A stretch of DNA of 63,916 bases, filler included, from Octopus bimaculoides (taxonomy: Eukaryota): NCBI RefSeq assembly GCF_001194135.2. It is 6 parts of 6 records of this genome, joined end to end, with 100 filler letters (N's around TTAATTAATTAA, not from the genome) between each part and the next. Parts side by side here need not be neighbours in the genome. Positions count along the whole stretch, not along the records: positions 1 to 15,672 come from NC_068995.1; positions 15,773 to 26,641 come from NC_069003.1; positions 26,742 to 34,053 come from NC_069008.1; 3 more parts are not named here. One strand, written 5' to 3'. The notes under the pieces were generated by a model that was not told the DNA's origin, made no database searches, and was given only the letters and a program-made list of their open reading frames with translations. Numbering within the stretch: position 1 is the stretch's first letter; each line of letters opens with the position of its first letter. Positions 14,952 through 29,085 of the stretch are shown piece by piece. Position numbers and translations under genes: made by a program.

Positions 14952-15109
14952 GCTTCTCTTAGTTTTCATCTCACGTGGCCTTGGTCGACTCCACGCTGTA
15001 ATAGAAGACACCTGCCCAAGGTTGCAAGTAGTGAAACTGAACCTGGAGCCATCTTGTTGGGAACAAGCTTCTCACCAAACAGTGATATCAGCACCGTTAT
15101 ATGTATGTA

Positions 15110-15141
<32 letters not shown>

Positions 15142-15492
15142 TATACACAATACATACTTGTGTGTCTGACTTACAGCATTTTTTAGTATGTAGACATGTA
15201 TCTCTTCGTCTGAATTTGATTGTAAAGTAGGTAATTAAGTAATTAAGTAATTAAGTATGCACGCATATATGCATGTATGTGATTTATGCATTTGTGTAGA
15301 CATTCATGTATATATGTAAAAAAATGTATGTATGTGTATGCAAATGCGTGTCTGTGAGTGTGTTTGTGTGTCTACCTATTCATTCTGTTTCTCTGAATAT
15401 TGCCAACAAATTAAATGTATACAGATATGTGTGTGTGTATGTACATAAATGCAGAAAAACATGCAATTCATATATGTAGAAGTAATCATATG

Positions 15493-15549
<57 letters not shown>

Positions 15550-16099
15550 GTACAGGGAAACGTATTTATGTATGTATTAATATATATATATATATGTATA
15601 TGTATATAACTACATATTTATAATATATTATTTATATATATATGATTGATATATATATATAATATATATATANNNNNNNNNNNNNNNNNNNNNNNNNNNN
15701 NNNNNNNNNNNNNNNNTTAATTAATTAANNNNNNNNNNNNNNNNNNNNNNNNNNNNNNNNNNNNNNNNNNNNTATATATATATATATACACATTTGTGTG
15801 TGTGTGTGTGTGTAGCAAATAAGTAACAAGAATATCCAGGTATTAGTGCATTACTGCTGTTTCAGGCTGCTCCATTTAATCAATCAATGTAAGCATTACA
15901 TCAATTTGAAATATACCACCTACCTTGGATGTATAAGACCACATAGCTTTTCAACCCACAGGATACTCCCTTATAATTTTTTTAAGGAAATTTTTCATCA
16001 GAATTTGAGAATATAGGAATTACATGCCTGTTGCTATTATTGTAGCAGAAAGAAGACGGTGTATTTCAAGTTGATGTAATGCTTGCATTGATTGATTAA

Positions 16100-16923
16100 A
16101 TGGAGCCGCCTGAAACGGCCGTAATGCATTAATACCTGGACATCGATCCAGACACGTTTTCCACTATTCGAAGTAGTGCTGGAACTTTTGCGAAGTGATA
16201 CCTTTTAACGCCTCTGTCGTTTTTTTTCTTCACCTCTTCCACATTTGCAAATTCCATAGCACCAGGTTTCGTCACCAGTGATGACCTTCGAAAAAAGGTT
16301 CGGATCAACTTCCAACTGTTCTTTAAATTCATGACGCGCATTCAGTCGTGATTGCTTTTGAACTTTTGTGAGCAAGTGTGGCACAAATTTTGCTGCAAAT
16401 TTTTTTATTCGCAATTCTTCGCTCAAAATTCGTTATCAGGAACTCCAGGACACAGCATCAAATCAACAAGTTCGTCAGTTGATCGTGATGGTTCTCCAAG
16501 ATCAGTTCATGAATTTTTGTGATGCTTTCATTCGTTCGGGAGCCGTTCGGGTTGGTCTTCAAGCGTCGAGTGACCATTCCTAAAACGTGAAAACCACTCG
16601 TAAACTTGTGTTTTGCTCGTGGCAGCGTCCGTGTAAGCTGTTTGAAGCATGACAACTGTTTCGACCGCCATTTTCCTCATCAGAATACAGAATTTCACGA
16701 AAGCACGTTGATCCTTCGTTTAAGCCATTGCAAAAATCAATGAACAGGGAAGAATCACTGCAAAACAAATATGCACCACGTGGAAGAACAACCCTATTGG
16801 AAGACACCTGTCAGCAGATTGATGCCTGAGGGTTGCATCAAGGGACTTCTAGCGGCGGAAGCCTGAACTACCATGGGCTTGTCTCACAGAGAACGTTTCC
16901 GGTTACTTTTGGATACCTCCTTG
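16100..16923 (-). mobile_element. Mariner transposon, internally deleted and decayed
   Basis: KFVPHLLT...VITGDETWCYG motif, an N-terminal HTH-like segment, and a TIR-like end TA|CAAGGAGGTATCCAAAAGTAACCGG. Confidence 0.85.
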
Positions 16924-16989
16924 TATATGGCTGTCCATTCGTGACCGAGGAAGACCATATCACTGATCAATAAAATTACTGCGCACTCA

Positions 16990-17575
16990 GATAATATTCA
17001 ACTTTACCCTCGTGAATTCTGCTGGTGGTACTTGTGACCCCAGCTCTCGATAGACATACACGTTCGCAGTTACTGCAGATGGAACTCCCCCCCATTCACT
17101 ACACTGGCGCTTACGTTCAGCATGCAAAATACGTGTCTCTTCAATAATACCTACACCATTATTTCGTTTCCTCCATTGGTGGCGACGACAAGCATTGCTT
17201 TCCCAGTTGAGCTTCCATACCTCACATGCCTTCAACGAGGAATTTATATACAATCTTTAAACCGTAGTCTTGGTTTCTTCTGCAGGCACTTTCCAGAAAC
17301 AAGTTCAACATAGAGCATCTGTTTTTGAATCCCCGAATCATTCATCCGAACAAGGTGTCCAATCCAGTATAATCGGTGTTTCTGCACCATCGCCTCAATG
17401 CTCAAGATGGCGGCTCCTGTCAAGCCCTCCAGTCCAAAAGGACCAGCCAATACTCAGAATGTGTCTCAGACATCTCGGATGGAAATGTTGAAGAACGCTT
17501 ACATGAAACCTGTAAAGGGTCCATGACTCACATGAGTAAAGGAGCGACGTCAGAAAACACTCTTTTGTTCGGTTT
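16990..17575 (-). mobile_element. RTE-clade LINE, 3' end of the RT ORF (decayed)
   Basis: SIEAMVQKHRLYWIGHLVRMNDSGIQKQMLYVELVSGKCLQKKPRLRFKDCI and NWESNACRRHQWR match the RTE/BovB C-terminal pattern. Confidence 0.85.
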
Positions 17576-19555
17576 GTGACGCTATGTTGGGATCAGATAC
17601 GAGACTCAATAGTCCAGACGGAAACAGTTGTCCTCTGAACACGCGCGCACGCGCACGTACACATACAAACATATATATATATCTGTATATATATATATAT
17701 ATGTATATATATGTGTATATTCATACGCATACACATATGTATATATGTAGGTATATACTATCAATATGCATGCATATTGATAGATCGTTAGGTACGTCGC
17801 AAAGGCATAGACGTATATATACACATAAATATAGATGCGAAAACAGACACATCTATACTCCTTCATCTCGTGCGCATATCCAGACGTACATGGACTCACA
17901 TCCAACATACACACATAGACACACGCACTCAAATGTACGTACGTATGCATGTATGTACGTATGTATGTATGTATATATGTATGCATGTATATATATATAT
18001 ATAAGATAATAAGAGTGAAAAAACTACAGAAGGCTTGTGTTACATGGTTAAAGTATATATTTAAATTATGTCAGAAAAATGTTATAAAATCTTTTTGGTA
18101 TATAAACATTGTATTTTGAGAAATAACCGGTTTCGTGTTGTCTTTTCAAATTATGTATGTGTGTATTTTATATATATNNNNNNNNNNNNNNNNNNNNNNN
18201 NNNNNNNNNNNNNNNNNNNNNNNNNNNNNNNNNNNNNNNNNNNNNNNNNNNNNNNNNNNNNNNNNNNNNNNNNNNNNNNNNNNNNNNNNNNNNNNNNNNN
18301 NNNNNNNNNNNNNNNNNNNNNNNNNNNNNNNNNNNNNNNNNNNNNNNNNNNNNNNNNNNNNNNNNNNNNNNNNNNNNNNNNNNNNNNNNNNNNNNNNNNN
18401 NNNNNNNNNNNNNNNNNNNNNNATTTTATTGTCTGCTCACCAAAATGAACAATCTTATCGATAATGGCGAAATTATGATGATTGGTTGATGGCAACTGAC
18501 GAGGGATGAGCATAAGAACGCGTTACATATGTGTTTTTTCCTTGTGTTCCTTAGTCGTCCCTCTGTGCAATTTTTTCTCTTTTTCACTCTCTCTCTCACC
18601 CCCTCTCTCACTCCCAGCCACCCCCTCTCTCACTCCCAGCCACCCCCTCTTTCCCTATGTATATATATATATGTATGTATATATATGTATATGTATATAT
18701 ATATTTATATAACAAATGAGAGAAATAGAAAATGGAAATCACGAGATTTTTTATTAATTACATGTATGTATTTGTTTATATATATATATCTATATGTATG
18801 TATACACGTATATATATATGTGTATATATAGATGTATATATATACATATATGCATATATATATTTATATACATGTACAAACACACACACATGCACACTCA
18901 CCCCCCACCACACACATAAGATGTATTCAAAAGCTTATACATAATGGACCGTCCCGTCGATTTCGATGTTTTCCCTTTTGTTTTGTTTCAGTTCCGATGG
19001 CTATGTCTTTTATGAGACTGTAAACCAGCCACTGCCGAGGTCAACTTTGCCTTTCATCCTCTCGCGGTCGATAAAATATGTGCCAACTTAGCACTGGGGT
19101 CGATGTAATCGATTCGGTCTTCGCCACCCGCCAACATTACTAACCTTGTGCTAAAATTCGAAACCATTAATATAATGAAAGGCAACGAGATAGTAGACCC
19201 ATTACTGCATCGGACAAAATTCCTTGCAGTATTTCTACTGGGTATTTACGTTCTGAGTTCAAATGGCATCGAGGTCAGCTTTGCCTTTCATCCTTATGGT
19301 ATCGATAAAATCAAGCATCCGGCTAGTACTGGAGTTGATAATATCGACCAGTCCCCTCCCCTCAAAATTGATGGCTTTGTGTCTCAATCAGACGCCATCA
19401 ATATAATGAATGAGAGAAAGGAGAGAAAGAGGGAAGGAGAGGAAGAGGGGAGGGGAGGGCAGTAGGATGGAGGGAGGGAGAGAAAGATGGAGCGAGAGCG
19501 GAAGAGAAAGGAGATCGTACCTACATTAATGCCAATTATTTCGGCACGTTTATAT

Positions 19556-19609
<54 letters not shown>

Positions 19610-19770
19610 TAGTGAGATGGAGAGAGAAAGNNNNNNNNNNNNNNNNNNNNGAGAGAGAGAAGGGGAGAGGGAGAGAGAGAGAAGGTGAGAGAGGGAGAGA
19701 GAGAGAAAGAGAAGAGGATAGAAGGAGAGAGAGGGAGAGAGAGAGAGAAGGGGAGAGGGAGAGAGAGAAG

Positions 19771-19801
<31 letters not shown>

Positions 19802-20257
19802 TAGTGAGATGGAGAGAGAAAGGGACCGACAGAGGAGAAAGAGAGAGATAGAGAGAAAGAAACAGGAGAGAGAGAGAGAGAGACAGGAAGAGAGAGAGAC
19901 AGGAAGAGAGAGAGACAGGAAGAGAGAGAGAGGAGAGAAAAGGAGAGAGAACGAGAGAGAGCGAGAGTGAGTTTTGTGAATGGTGTCTGAATGATCTTTT
20001 ACTNNNNNNNNNNNNNNNNNNNNNNNNNNNNNNNNNNNNNNNNNNNNNNNNNNNNNNNNNNNNNNNNNNNNNNNNNNNNNNNNNNNNNNNNNNNNNNNNN
20101 NNNNNNNNNNNNNNNNNNNNNNNNNNNNNNNNNNNNNNNNNNNNNNNNNNNNNNNNNNNNNNNNNNNNNNNNNNNNNNNNNNNNNNNNNNNNNNNNNNNN
20201 NNNNNNNNNNNNNNNNNNNNNNNNNNNNNNNNNNNNGAGCCAACTGGCAGGATACTT

Positions 20258-20970
20258 AGGAACCGAGCAAGAAGGAGGTGGTTCAGTTGATCCAGCCGAA
20301 AAGAGTAATGACGATTGCTTTTGACAGGGTCCAGTGGAAGTGGCATGAAGACTCTATCCTCACGGCCCTCCCAGGAATAGTTGATGATGAAAATGGATGG
20401 GTGGATATATGAGTGCGTGTGCGTGTGTGTGCGTGTGTGTATGCGCGCGTGTGTGTGTGCGTGCGCGTAGGTGCGTGTGTGCGCAGGTGTGTGTGCGCAG
20501 GTGCGTGTGTGCGTATGTGTGTGTGTATGTGTGTGCGGGCTCGTGCCTGCATGTGAGTGTATGTGTGGGTGCGCAAGCGCGCGTGTGTTTGTGTGTGTGT
20601 ATGTGTGTGATTGTGCGTATGTGTATGTGTGTGAGTGAGGTAGGCCAAGAACGAGGTGGTTGGATATTATCCATAGTCTCAGACTATTCTTGGGAATCCA
20701 GCTCAGAAAGTGTAATGACACTGGCTTGTGTTAGGACCCCGTGGGGGAGGTACTTGAAGACTCTGCCTCCATGACTGGCAGGAGACCAAGGAGTAGACCA
20801 AGAACAAAGTGTTTGGACAATATTCATTGTCTGAGTAGGTCACAATAGAGGAATCCAGCCAGAAAGTGCAATAATGGTTGCTTCTGAGAGGACCCTATGG
20901 GGAAGGTGACAGGACTCTACCCCCACAACCCTCCCAGGAACAGGGGATGGAGATAATGGATGAATGAATG
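20258..20970. repeat. Three diverged copies of a roughly 140-190 bp GC-richer unit, split by a GT/GC microsatellite
   Basis: Recurring motifs actggcagga, atccagc..aaag.gt..aat, (g)actct and ccctcccaggaa near 20258-20400, 20640-20775 and 20775-20965. Confidence 0.6.
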
Positions 20971-21169
20971 GAAACCATACAACAAATACCGTAAAAACAC
21001 CCATAAATTATTTTAAAACAGCTTTTTTTTCTCGACTTTAAATCTGAAAATGTTTTAATTCCATTTCCAATATTTATCTCTTTATATTTTTCAGTTTTAT
21101 TTTTCTTTTGACAAAATTGTGAGAGGATTTAATCTGTTTTGTGTCATGGGCGACAATAAATATATCTTC

Positions 21170-21450
21170 ATAAGCTCTACTCACCTAAAAATTTCTTTTC
21201 CTCATGTCAACAGTTTTATAGATGAACAATTCACAGATTTGGCCTGACAAGCTCTCGCTTAAAATTCATGATGAATGTAGCAGTTTCAAAACGCAAATCC
21301 TTAATTTGTGTTCAATATAAGCCGTAGAAATTCTCAAACAATTTTCAAAATAAATTTTCTAAAACAATACAAGCATTTTGTATTAACGCATGTGTTGAGT
21401 TGATCTTAATAGCTTTTCCAGATTGTATTTTATTGCCACAGCTAGGGTCC
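21170..21450 (-). mobile_element. Possible highly decayed hAT transposase C-terminal remnant
   Basis: Minus-strand pieces such as KRELVRPNL and FIYKTVDMRKRNF* loosely fit the hAT dimerisation-domain end. Confidence 0.25.
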
Positions 21451-22283
21451 AATATTCAACAACAACAATTTCATTGACGCAATTGACTCCCCCATAGGTT
21501 ATCACATCTGATAACTTCAGCAGACCCAGTTAAGCGAATGCGCTTCTTAAAAATTATAAAATAAACCAGAGCTTTACCCATAGTATTCGTTATCACTTAA
21601 ACTTCCATAAGTGCGTTCATGCGGCTCTTGAGTCACTCTGATGCTTCTGCTAAAACACCGGTTTCAAATTTTGGCACAAGGCCAGCAATTTAGTGGGGAG
21701 GAGGTAAGTCGATTACATCGACGCCAGTGCTCGACTGGTACTTATTTTATCGACTCCGAAAGGATGAAAGGCAAAGTCGATCTCGGTGGAATTTGAACTC
21801 AGAATGTAAAGTTCCAACTACTAAATGCGTGCTAACGATTCTGCCAGCTCGCTACCTTCNNNNNNNNNNNNNNNNNNNNNNNNNNNNNNNNNNNNNNNNN
21901 NNNNNNNNNNNNNNNNNNNNNNNNNNNNNNNNNNNNNNNNNNNNNNNNNNNNNNNNNNNNNNNNNNNNNNNNNNNNNNNNNNNNNNNNNNNNNNNNNNNN
22001 NNNNNNNNNNNNNNNNNNNNNNNNNNNNNNNNNNNNNNNNNNNNNNNNNNNNNNNNNNNNNNNNNNNNNNNNNNNNNNNNNNNNNNNNNNNNNNNNNNNN
22101 NNNNNNNNNNNNNNNNNNNNNNNNNNNNNNNAAAAATGGGGAGGGCTGTTTTTTTTTAGTATATTTGCTACATTCTTCGTGTTTACATATAGTGAGAGAT
22201 GCGTGGCTTTGGAGAGCTTTAACTCTTCTTTCTAGCAAGCAGGTGCATATTGTACCCTGACTTTTAATAATACATACATACAT

Positions 22284-22324
<41 letters not shown>

Positions 22325-22354
22325 AGAAATATCAGGAAATATAAAAAAACTCCT

Positions 22355-22570
22355 TCCTGAGACTCACAGGGCCGGTTTTCCCCAATTCTATGACGTATAT
22401 TCAACGCCCCCACCCCAGACGGGTCACTAGTCCGTCACAGCAACACACATTTTTGCAACTGAGTGGCTTGGAGCCCCAGAATATAACGACTCACTTGGTC
22501 CAGTAATCGAAAACACAACCTTACAATCATGACTCCAATACCCTAACCACTAGGCCACGCGCCTCCACAG
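22355..22570 (-). mobile_element. tRNA-derived SINE family C
   Basis: Reverse complement head GGAGGCGCGTGGCCTAGTGGTTAGGG...TTCGATT. Confidence 0.7.
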
Positions 22571-22994
22571 AAAATATGACCAACATACAAAAACTGAAAT
22601 TAAAATTTCATCAAATTTCTTGGTGCTTATACGAAATGATGAAATGAATACTAATTTTTCCCGAAAGAAAAATATTTATTACTTTAAAAATGAAATTAAA
22701 TAAAGTAAATTTCTCTCTCATATATTTGCAATAAGAGTGATTTTTGTTTTTCTCGATTTTATCAACATAATCGCGATCTACTCTATCCACCTCTGCGAAA
22801 TTTTATTTAAAAATATGAATGTTTTTCAGAGTTACATAACACGCATCCTACACTTCTTATAAACTCTGTCGCTTAGTCTCTCTACTACTCTTTCTTCCTT
22901 CTCTTTTTATCTGATATAAGAAACGTCACAGGAGAAATCAACCAGCAAAACAGTCACCATTTATATTGACTATTATATATTTATCTTCTATCTT

Positions 22995-23415
22995 TCATCT
23001 TTTACTTGTTTCGGTCATTGGAATGCGGCCATGCTGGGGCAACGTCTTGAAGAAATTTTTTTTAGTCGAAGGAATCGATCCCGGTACTGATTATTTTGTT
23101 TGAAGCCTGGCACTTATTCTATCGTACTCTTTTACTGCACCGCTAGTTACCGGGTCGTAAACACACCGACAACGGTTGTCAGGCGGTGGTGGGGGACAAA
23201 CACAGGCACAGACACGTCCTCGCACACACGCACTAAGACACACATGTGCATGTACAATGGGATTCTTTCAGTTTTCATCTACTAAATCAACTCACAAGGC
23301 TTTGACCGATTCGAGGTTATAGTAGAAGACACTTGCCCAAGGTTCTACGCAGTGGGACTGAATCCGGAACCATGTAGTTGGGAACCAAGCTTCTTGCCAC
23401 ACAGCCACGCCTGCT
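22995..23415 (-). mobile_element. SINE family A, full length
   Basis: Head GGCGTGGCTGTGTGGCAAGAAG...CCGGATTCAGTCCC (A/B boxes) through tail ...CCAGCATGGCCGC...GAAACAAGTAAAAG. Confidence 0.88.
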
Positions 23416-24569
23416 TCCTATATAGAGAGATTTGCTTACATATTTTCAGCAGGTTGTATCATCTGACCTGTGTAGCTCTTGACCCTGAATCCTGATCAAG
23501 AGATCAGACACTCCAGCCTACACAGCCGAGAAACAAAACGGTGAGTCTTCGAATGACAGCCACCGTCGGCTAAGTGAGGAGGTGTTCATAACTAGCAATC
23601 CTTTGAATTTACCGATCATGACTTATCAGTCCAATTCCTTAGACCCCCACCCCTGTTTCATGATAAAATGTATCACTTCTTACTTTTCTTTGACCTCACC
23701 ACAAAATGGTGGCGAAGTAAAATGCTGTTTATTAGTCTTTAAATGTGCTGCCCCAAACCACGAGCAGTTAACTCCTTCACGAATCGAGGATTTTAGAAAA
23801 GAAGACCTAAACGACTCTTTTAATTCGTACATCTTTGCCGAAATCTCCGGATGATTTTCCTTATGTCTAACGTGGGTGACCCTTCCCCGCCTTTCATTCC
23901 CACATCTCACCTACGCAACATTTTGAAACAAGCTTAACACATTTTATTTAATTTTATTATCTTTACATATTTTCTTATATTTTGAAGATCACGAAGGCAC
24001 GATGCGGCACCTTCCAGAATGTGACGCTGTGGGCGACTGCCCGAGAGACCAGCATCTTCAGCCAGTCCTGCTATTGGGCAGAGAGACTCTGCAGTGATTA
24101 TGAGTCAATTTGATGGTTATGCAAGTTTAACAGAAACTTCGAACGGATGGAAGCTGTTCAAAACGAGTAATTTCCTGTGACGGCTGATGAGTTATATCAC
24201 GCATCTCCTGCACAACGTTATCATTAGCTGTTTCGGTATCTGAAATGTCTCAGTCAAGCATAGTTTACACTCTCGTGCTTCTTTCTTATATGAAGTGGCT
24301 CTGTTAAAAATGTCCCAGATTATTGGTGCACGATCAGATTTGCGATAGTGAAATGCCAGTTACATTGGTCTTTAAAGGTGCTTGCGTTTAGCTACGTTCA
24401 ACTTTTTAAATATAGCATAGTTGTTATAAATATCACCACCATAGAGAGACATGATCATGTAAGGGGTAAGATCGAAGGTTTCTACGGTTACAAATTGCAT
24501 TTATACTTTAGTGGTAAACGTTTCTCTTTCCTTCTTCGGTATAACAAATTCCTAAAGGAATATTGGTGA

Positions 24570-25270
24570 CTACATGCATACTGTACAGTGTGTTAGACTA
24601 AATTACTTTGGTCTTCCAAGTTCTGCACTGTGTTTCTTGGATAATTGTTTCTCACTAAAGCTACTCCGTGTTAGTATGTCTTTGTAATGACTGATGGTAG
24701 ATCTAATTATCCTATTTAGTAGATCCTTAATTATAGCTGTTGGTGATTGGAATTTTTATGTATGTGCATGGTTTCCTCGATTGACTTTCTGGAGGAGCAG
24801 TATTTTCCTGTGGTTAGATATATTGCCTAAATGCTATCTACTGTTAAGTTGGTGCTAATAGTAATGTTTAAGGGATTATCTAGAATATTGGCACCACGTC
24901 TTTTCTCAATGAATTTATGGCGTAGACATTAATGTTTTGAGTAATTGCTAAACCGTCGTCTCTGTACAAACCTACAGTTACGATGTGATTCACTTTCTGA
25001 TAGCGTCTAGTATGAACAATCCCAAAATGAATACTTCCACTCTATCATAGTTGTCTATAGAGACAGCACTCCTTTTTCAACCAATAAGAATCGTCATGAT
25101 ATAAGATCCACTTGTCAACAGTCATCCCCATTTTAATATCGAGGTCGTTAATAGTGATGATTATCTTCCGCATTCCAAGGATTTAACAACAAAAATGAGA
25201 AGTTTACGATGACAAATCAAGTGGATCTACACAGTGTTTTTTTAATATTGTCCAACCATTTAAAGACGGT
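24570..25270 (-). mobile_element. Penelope-like element RT fragment (decayed)
   Basis: VGLYRDDGLAI at about 24945-24977 and an upstream NYDRVEVFILGLFIL segment resembling the MGSYDGAE..ELVGL motif. Confidence 0.7.
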
Positions 25271-25721
25271 ATCGCTGTAGTTCCGTTGAGCTATTCTAGT
25301 TGTGTCTCTTATTCTAAAATTAATTACATCGAGAATATATGATGAGCATTTCATTTTCAAATGAGTTTAAGAATCATAATTGACCTTATGATTCTTAAGG
25401 GTGATGTAGACGGGTTTCTTTCAGTTCCCATTTACAAAATCCACTCACAAGGCTTTGGTCGGTTCGGCGCAATAGTAGAAACTCGAAGTGCTACGGCCCA
25501 AAATCATGTTGCTGGAAAACAAATCTCGCACTACAGAGCAACGCATGCACCTATACGAAACAATAATTGTTAATGAATTAAACGATACAACATGTTCTAA
25601 GTTTCTGGTAAATATCATGACCCAAGAAATACGAGAAATAACCCTATAACGCATACGACCATGGGACCAGGAGCGAAGGGACAGCTGAGATGAAAGCAGA
25701 CGATCGCGTGGATCGTCTCAT

Positions 25722-25784
<63 letters not shown>

Positions 25785-26376
25785 AACCACTACTACAACA
25801 ACTAGCACTAATGCAATCACCAAGATCATCCATCACATTCGTTGTCGTTACCTACCTACCTACCTACCCACCTACCTACCTACCTACCNNNNNNNNNNNN
25901 NNNNNNNNNNNNNNNNNNNNNNNNNNNNNNNNNNNNNNNNNNNNNNNNNNNNNNNNNNNNNNNNNNNNNNNNNNNNNNNNNNNNNNNNNNNNNNNNNNNN
26001 NNNNNNNNNNNNNNNNNNNNNNNNNNNNNNNNNNNNNNNNNNNNNNNNNNNNNNNNNNNNNNNNNNNNNNNNNNNNNNNNNNNNNNNNNNNNNNNNNNNN
26101 NNNNNNNNNNNNNNNNNNNNNNNNNNNNNNNNNNNNNNNNNNNNNNNNNNNNNNNNNNNNNNNNNNNNNNNNNNNNNNNNNNNNNNNNNNNNNNNNNNNN
26201 NNNNNNNNNNNNNNNNNNNNNNNNNNNNNNNNNNNNNTACCTACCTACCTACCTACCTACCTACCTACCTACCTACCTACCTACCTACATACATACCTAC
26301 CTACCTACCAACCTACCTACCTACCTACCTACCTACATACCTACCTACCTACCAACCTACCAACCTACCTACCTAC

Positions 26377-26408
<32 letters not shown>

Positions 26409-28689
26409 ATATCTATCTATTTATCTATCTATCTTTCTATCATCTTATTACCACCACCACCATCACCACCACCAGGATGACAGCGACCTTCTCGCACGAC
26501 CACGCCGACCACGCCGACCACGACCACCACACTACCACTGCCACTACTATCACCACTACAACCAGTACTACTCTATAAACAACACTGTTACCACCTCCAC
26601 CACCACTACCACCATCACCACCATCATTACTGACATCGCCGNNNNNNNNNNNNNNNNNNNNNNNNNNNNNNNNNNNNNNNNNNNNTTAATTAATTAANNN
26701 NNNNNNNNNNNNNNNNNNNNNNNNNNNNNNNNNNNNNNNNNATATATATCGATAGATAGATAGATAAGTTGATAGGTTGATGGATAGATAAGTAGGTAGG
26801 TAGGTAGGTAGATAGATAGATGGGTAGAGAGAATCAAACGGACGGATAGATGGATAGACAGAAAGCTAGATAAACAGATAGATAGATAGATTGATAGAGA
26901 GAGGGAGAGGCAGACAGAGATATATATATATAGAGAGAGAGATGGACAGATAGATAGAAAGATAAATCGATAGACAGAGAGGGACCTAGATACATAGAGA
27001 GGGAGAGAGATAGACAGACAGACAGATAGATAGATAGATAGATATAGATAGACAGATAGATAGTGAGAAGAGATGCGGGGAAGGAATAAAAAAAGAAAAG
27101 AAATATGTCTGTTAGTAAATTTCTTTGATCGTGTAAGCAATGGAGAGACGTGGAACTACACGTCGTGACGAACGGAAACGTATTGCATTCAAACAGATGT
27201 GTGTATGTGTGTGTACGTATGCGTGTGTAGGTATTTATGTATGTATGTGTATATGTGTGTGTATGTATGTATATGTATGTGTGTGTGTATGTGCGTGTGT
27301 ATGTATGCATGTAATTAATCATTAATGATTTGTGCGTATGTGTATATATAAATAAATATATATTCTTCAATTTTTTACTGGTTTTAGTCATTTAACTGCG
27401 ACCGTGCTGGAGCATCATCTTTAGTCGAGTAAATCGACCCCAGGACTTATTCTTTGCAGGCCTGGTACTTATTCTATCGTTTTGTTTTGCCGAACCGCTA
27501 AGTTACGATGACGTAAACACACCAGCATCNNNNNNNNNNNNNNNNNNNNNNNNNNNNNNNNNNNNNNNNNNNNNNNNNNNNNNNNNNNNNNNNNNNNNNN
27601 NNNNNNNNNNNNNNNNNNNNNNNNNNNNNNNNNNNNNNNNNNNNNNNNNNNNNNNNNNNNNNNNNNNNNNNNNNNNNNNNNNNNNNNNNNNNNNNNNNNN
27701 NNNNNNNNNNNNNNNNNNNNNNNNNNNNNNNNNNNNNNNNNNNNNNNNNNNNNNNNNNNNNNNNNNNNNNNNNNNNNNNNNNNNNNNNNNNNNNNNNNNN
27801 NNNNNNNNNNNNNNNNNNNNNNNNNNNNNNNNNNNNNNNNNNNNNNNNNNNNNNNNNNNNNNNNNNNNNNNNNNNNNNNNNNNNNNNNNNNNNNNNNNNN
27901 NNNNNNNNNNNNNNNNNNNNNNNNNNNNNNNNNNNNNNNNNNNNNNNNNNNNNNNNNNNNNNNNNNNNNNNNNNNNNNNNNNNNNNNNNNNNNNNNNNNN
28001 NNNNNNNNNNNNNNNNNNNNNNNNNNNNNNNNNNNNNNNNNNNNNNNNNNNNNNNNNNNNNNNNNNNNNNNNNNNNNNNNNNNNNNNNNNNNNNNNNNNN
28101 NNNNNNNNNNNNNNNNNNNNNNNNNNNNNNNNNNNNNNNNNNNNNNNNNNNNNNNNNNNNNNNNNNNNNNNNNNNNNNNNNNNNNNNNNNNNNNNNNNNN
28201 NNNNNNNNNNNNNNNNNNNNNNNNTATATATATAAGCAATGTTAATTCTCTAAATGAAGTATTAACAGTAACTGCACGACAAAGTGAAGTATATTGCCAC
28301 TTAAGTGTGACTGACCCCTAAGGGTGGATGTTACTGTTGCTTTTAGCCCCAGGAGGACATCTCCTCCAGCTGGCTTATCGACAGACTACTATATATATAT
28401 CGCAGAGTTCCCTGTTCCCCATTTTTGGCCTATATAATCCCTCCTGGCCGATCCGGATCTTTTTTTGTTTTTTTTTTTGCTTTACAACTAATTAACTGAT
28501 CGTAACAGTTTTACACCTCCGATGTTGAAGAGCTATATGGTGTTCGGCTTTAGAGTCTTGACGAGTTGTCCATGGCGCTATGCTCTTTGTGGGTGCGAAA
28601 TCATTGGTCACGCTATGACATAACCTAAACTTGACTACAAGCTGCAAATCTCTTTCTGTTGCATTTGCGGTATTCTTTTGTTCTTTAAT

Positions 28690-28850
28690 TTGTTTTAGTG
28701 ATTTGACTGTGGCCATGATGGAGCACCGACGTTAGTCAAGGAAGTCGACACCAGGACTTACTTATTCTTTTGTAAGCCTAAGTTACGGGGACGTAAACAC
28801 ACTAGCATCGGTTGTGTAGCGATGGTGGGGAACAAACACAAACATACACA

Positions 28851-28933
<83 letters not shown>

Positions 28934-29085
28934 GTATATATATATATATATACACATACATACACGACGGGCTTCTTTCAGTTTCCATCTACCAAATCCA
29001 CTCAAGGATTTGGTCGGCCCGAGGCTACAGCAGAAGACACTTTCCCAAGGTACCACGCATTGGGACTGAACCCGGAACCATAAGG
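28690..29085 (-). mobile_element. SINE family A
   Basis: Matches the consensus, with an expanded internal (CA)n. Confidence 0.85.

Noticed and set aside
15717-15728. TTAATTAATTAA embedded in N runs (also at 26686, 34098, 58024 and 62424)
   Set aside because: Where counted it is flanked by 44 N on each side (100 nt total), and it contains stops in all six frames. This is an artificial scaffold spacer, not a biological repeat.
19555-19830. Duplicated GAGAAAATAGTGAGATGGAGAGAGAAAG on both sides of a 20-N gap
   Set aside because: Likely a contig-end overlap within a (GA)n tract.
23340-23415. tRNA-like A/B boxes
   Set aside because: These are SINE heads without a complete cloverleaf, so not tRNA genes.
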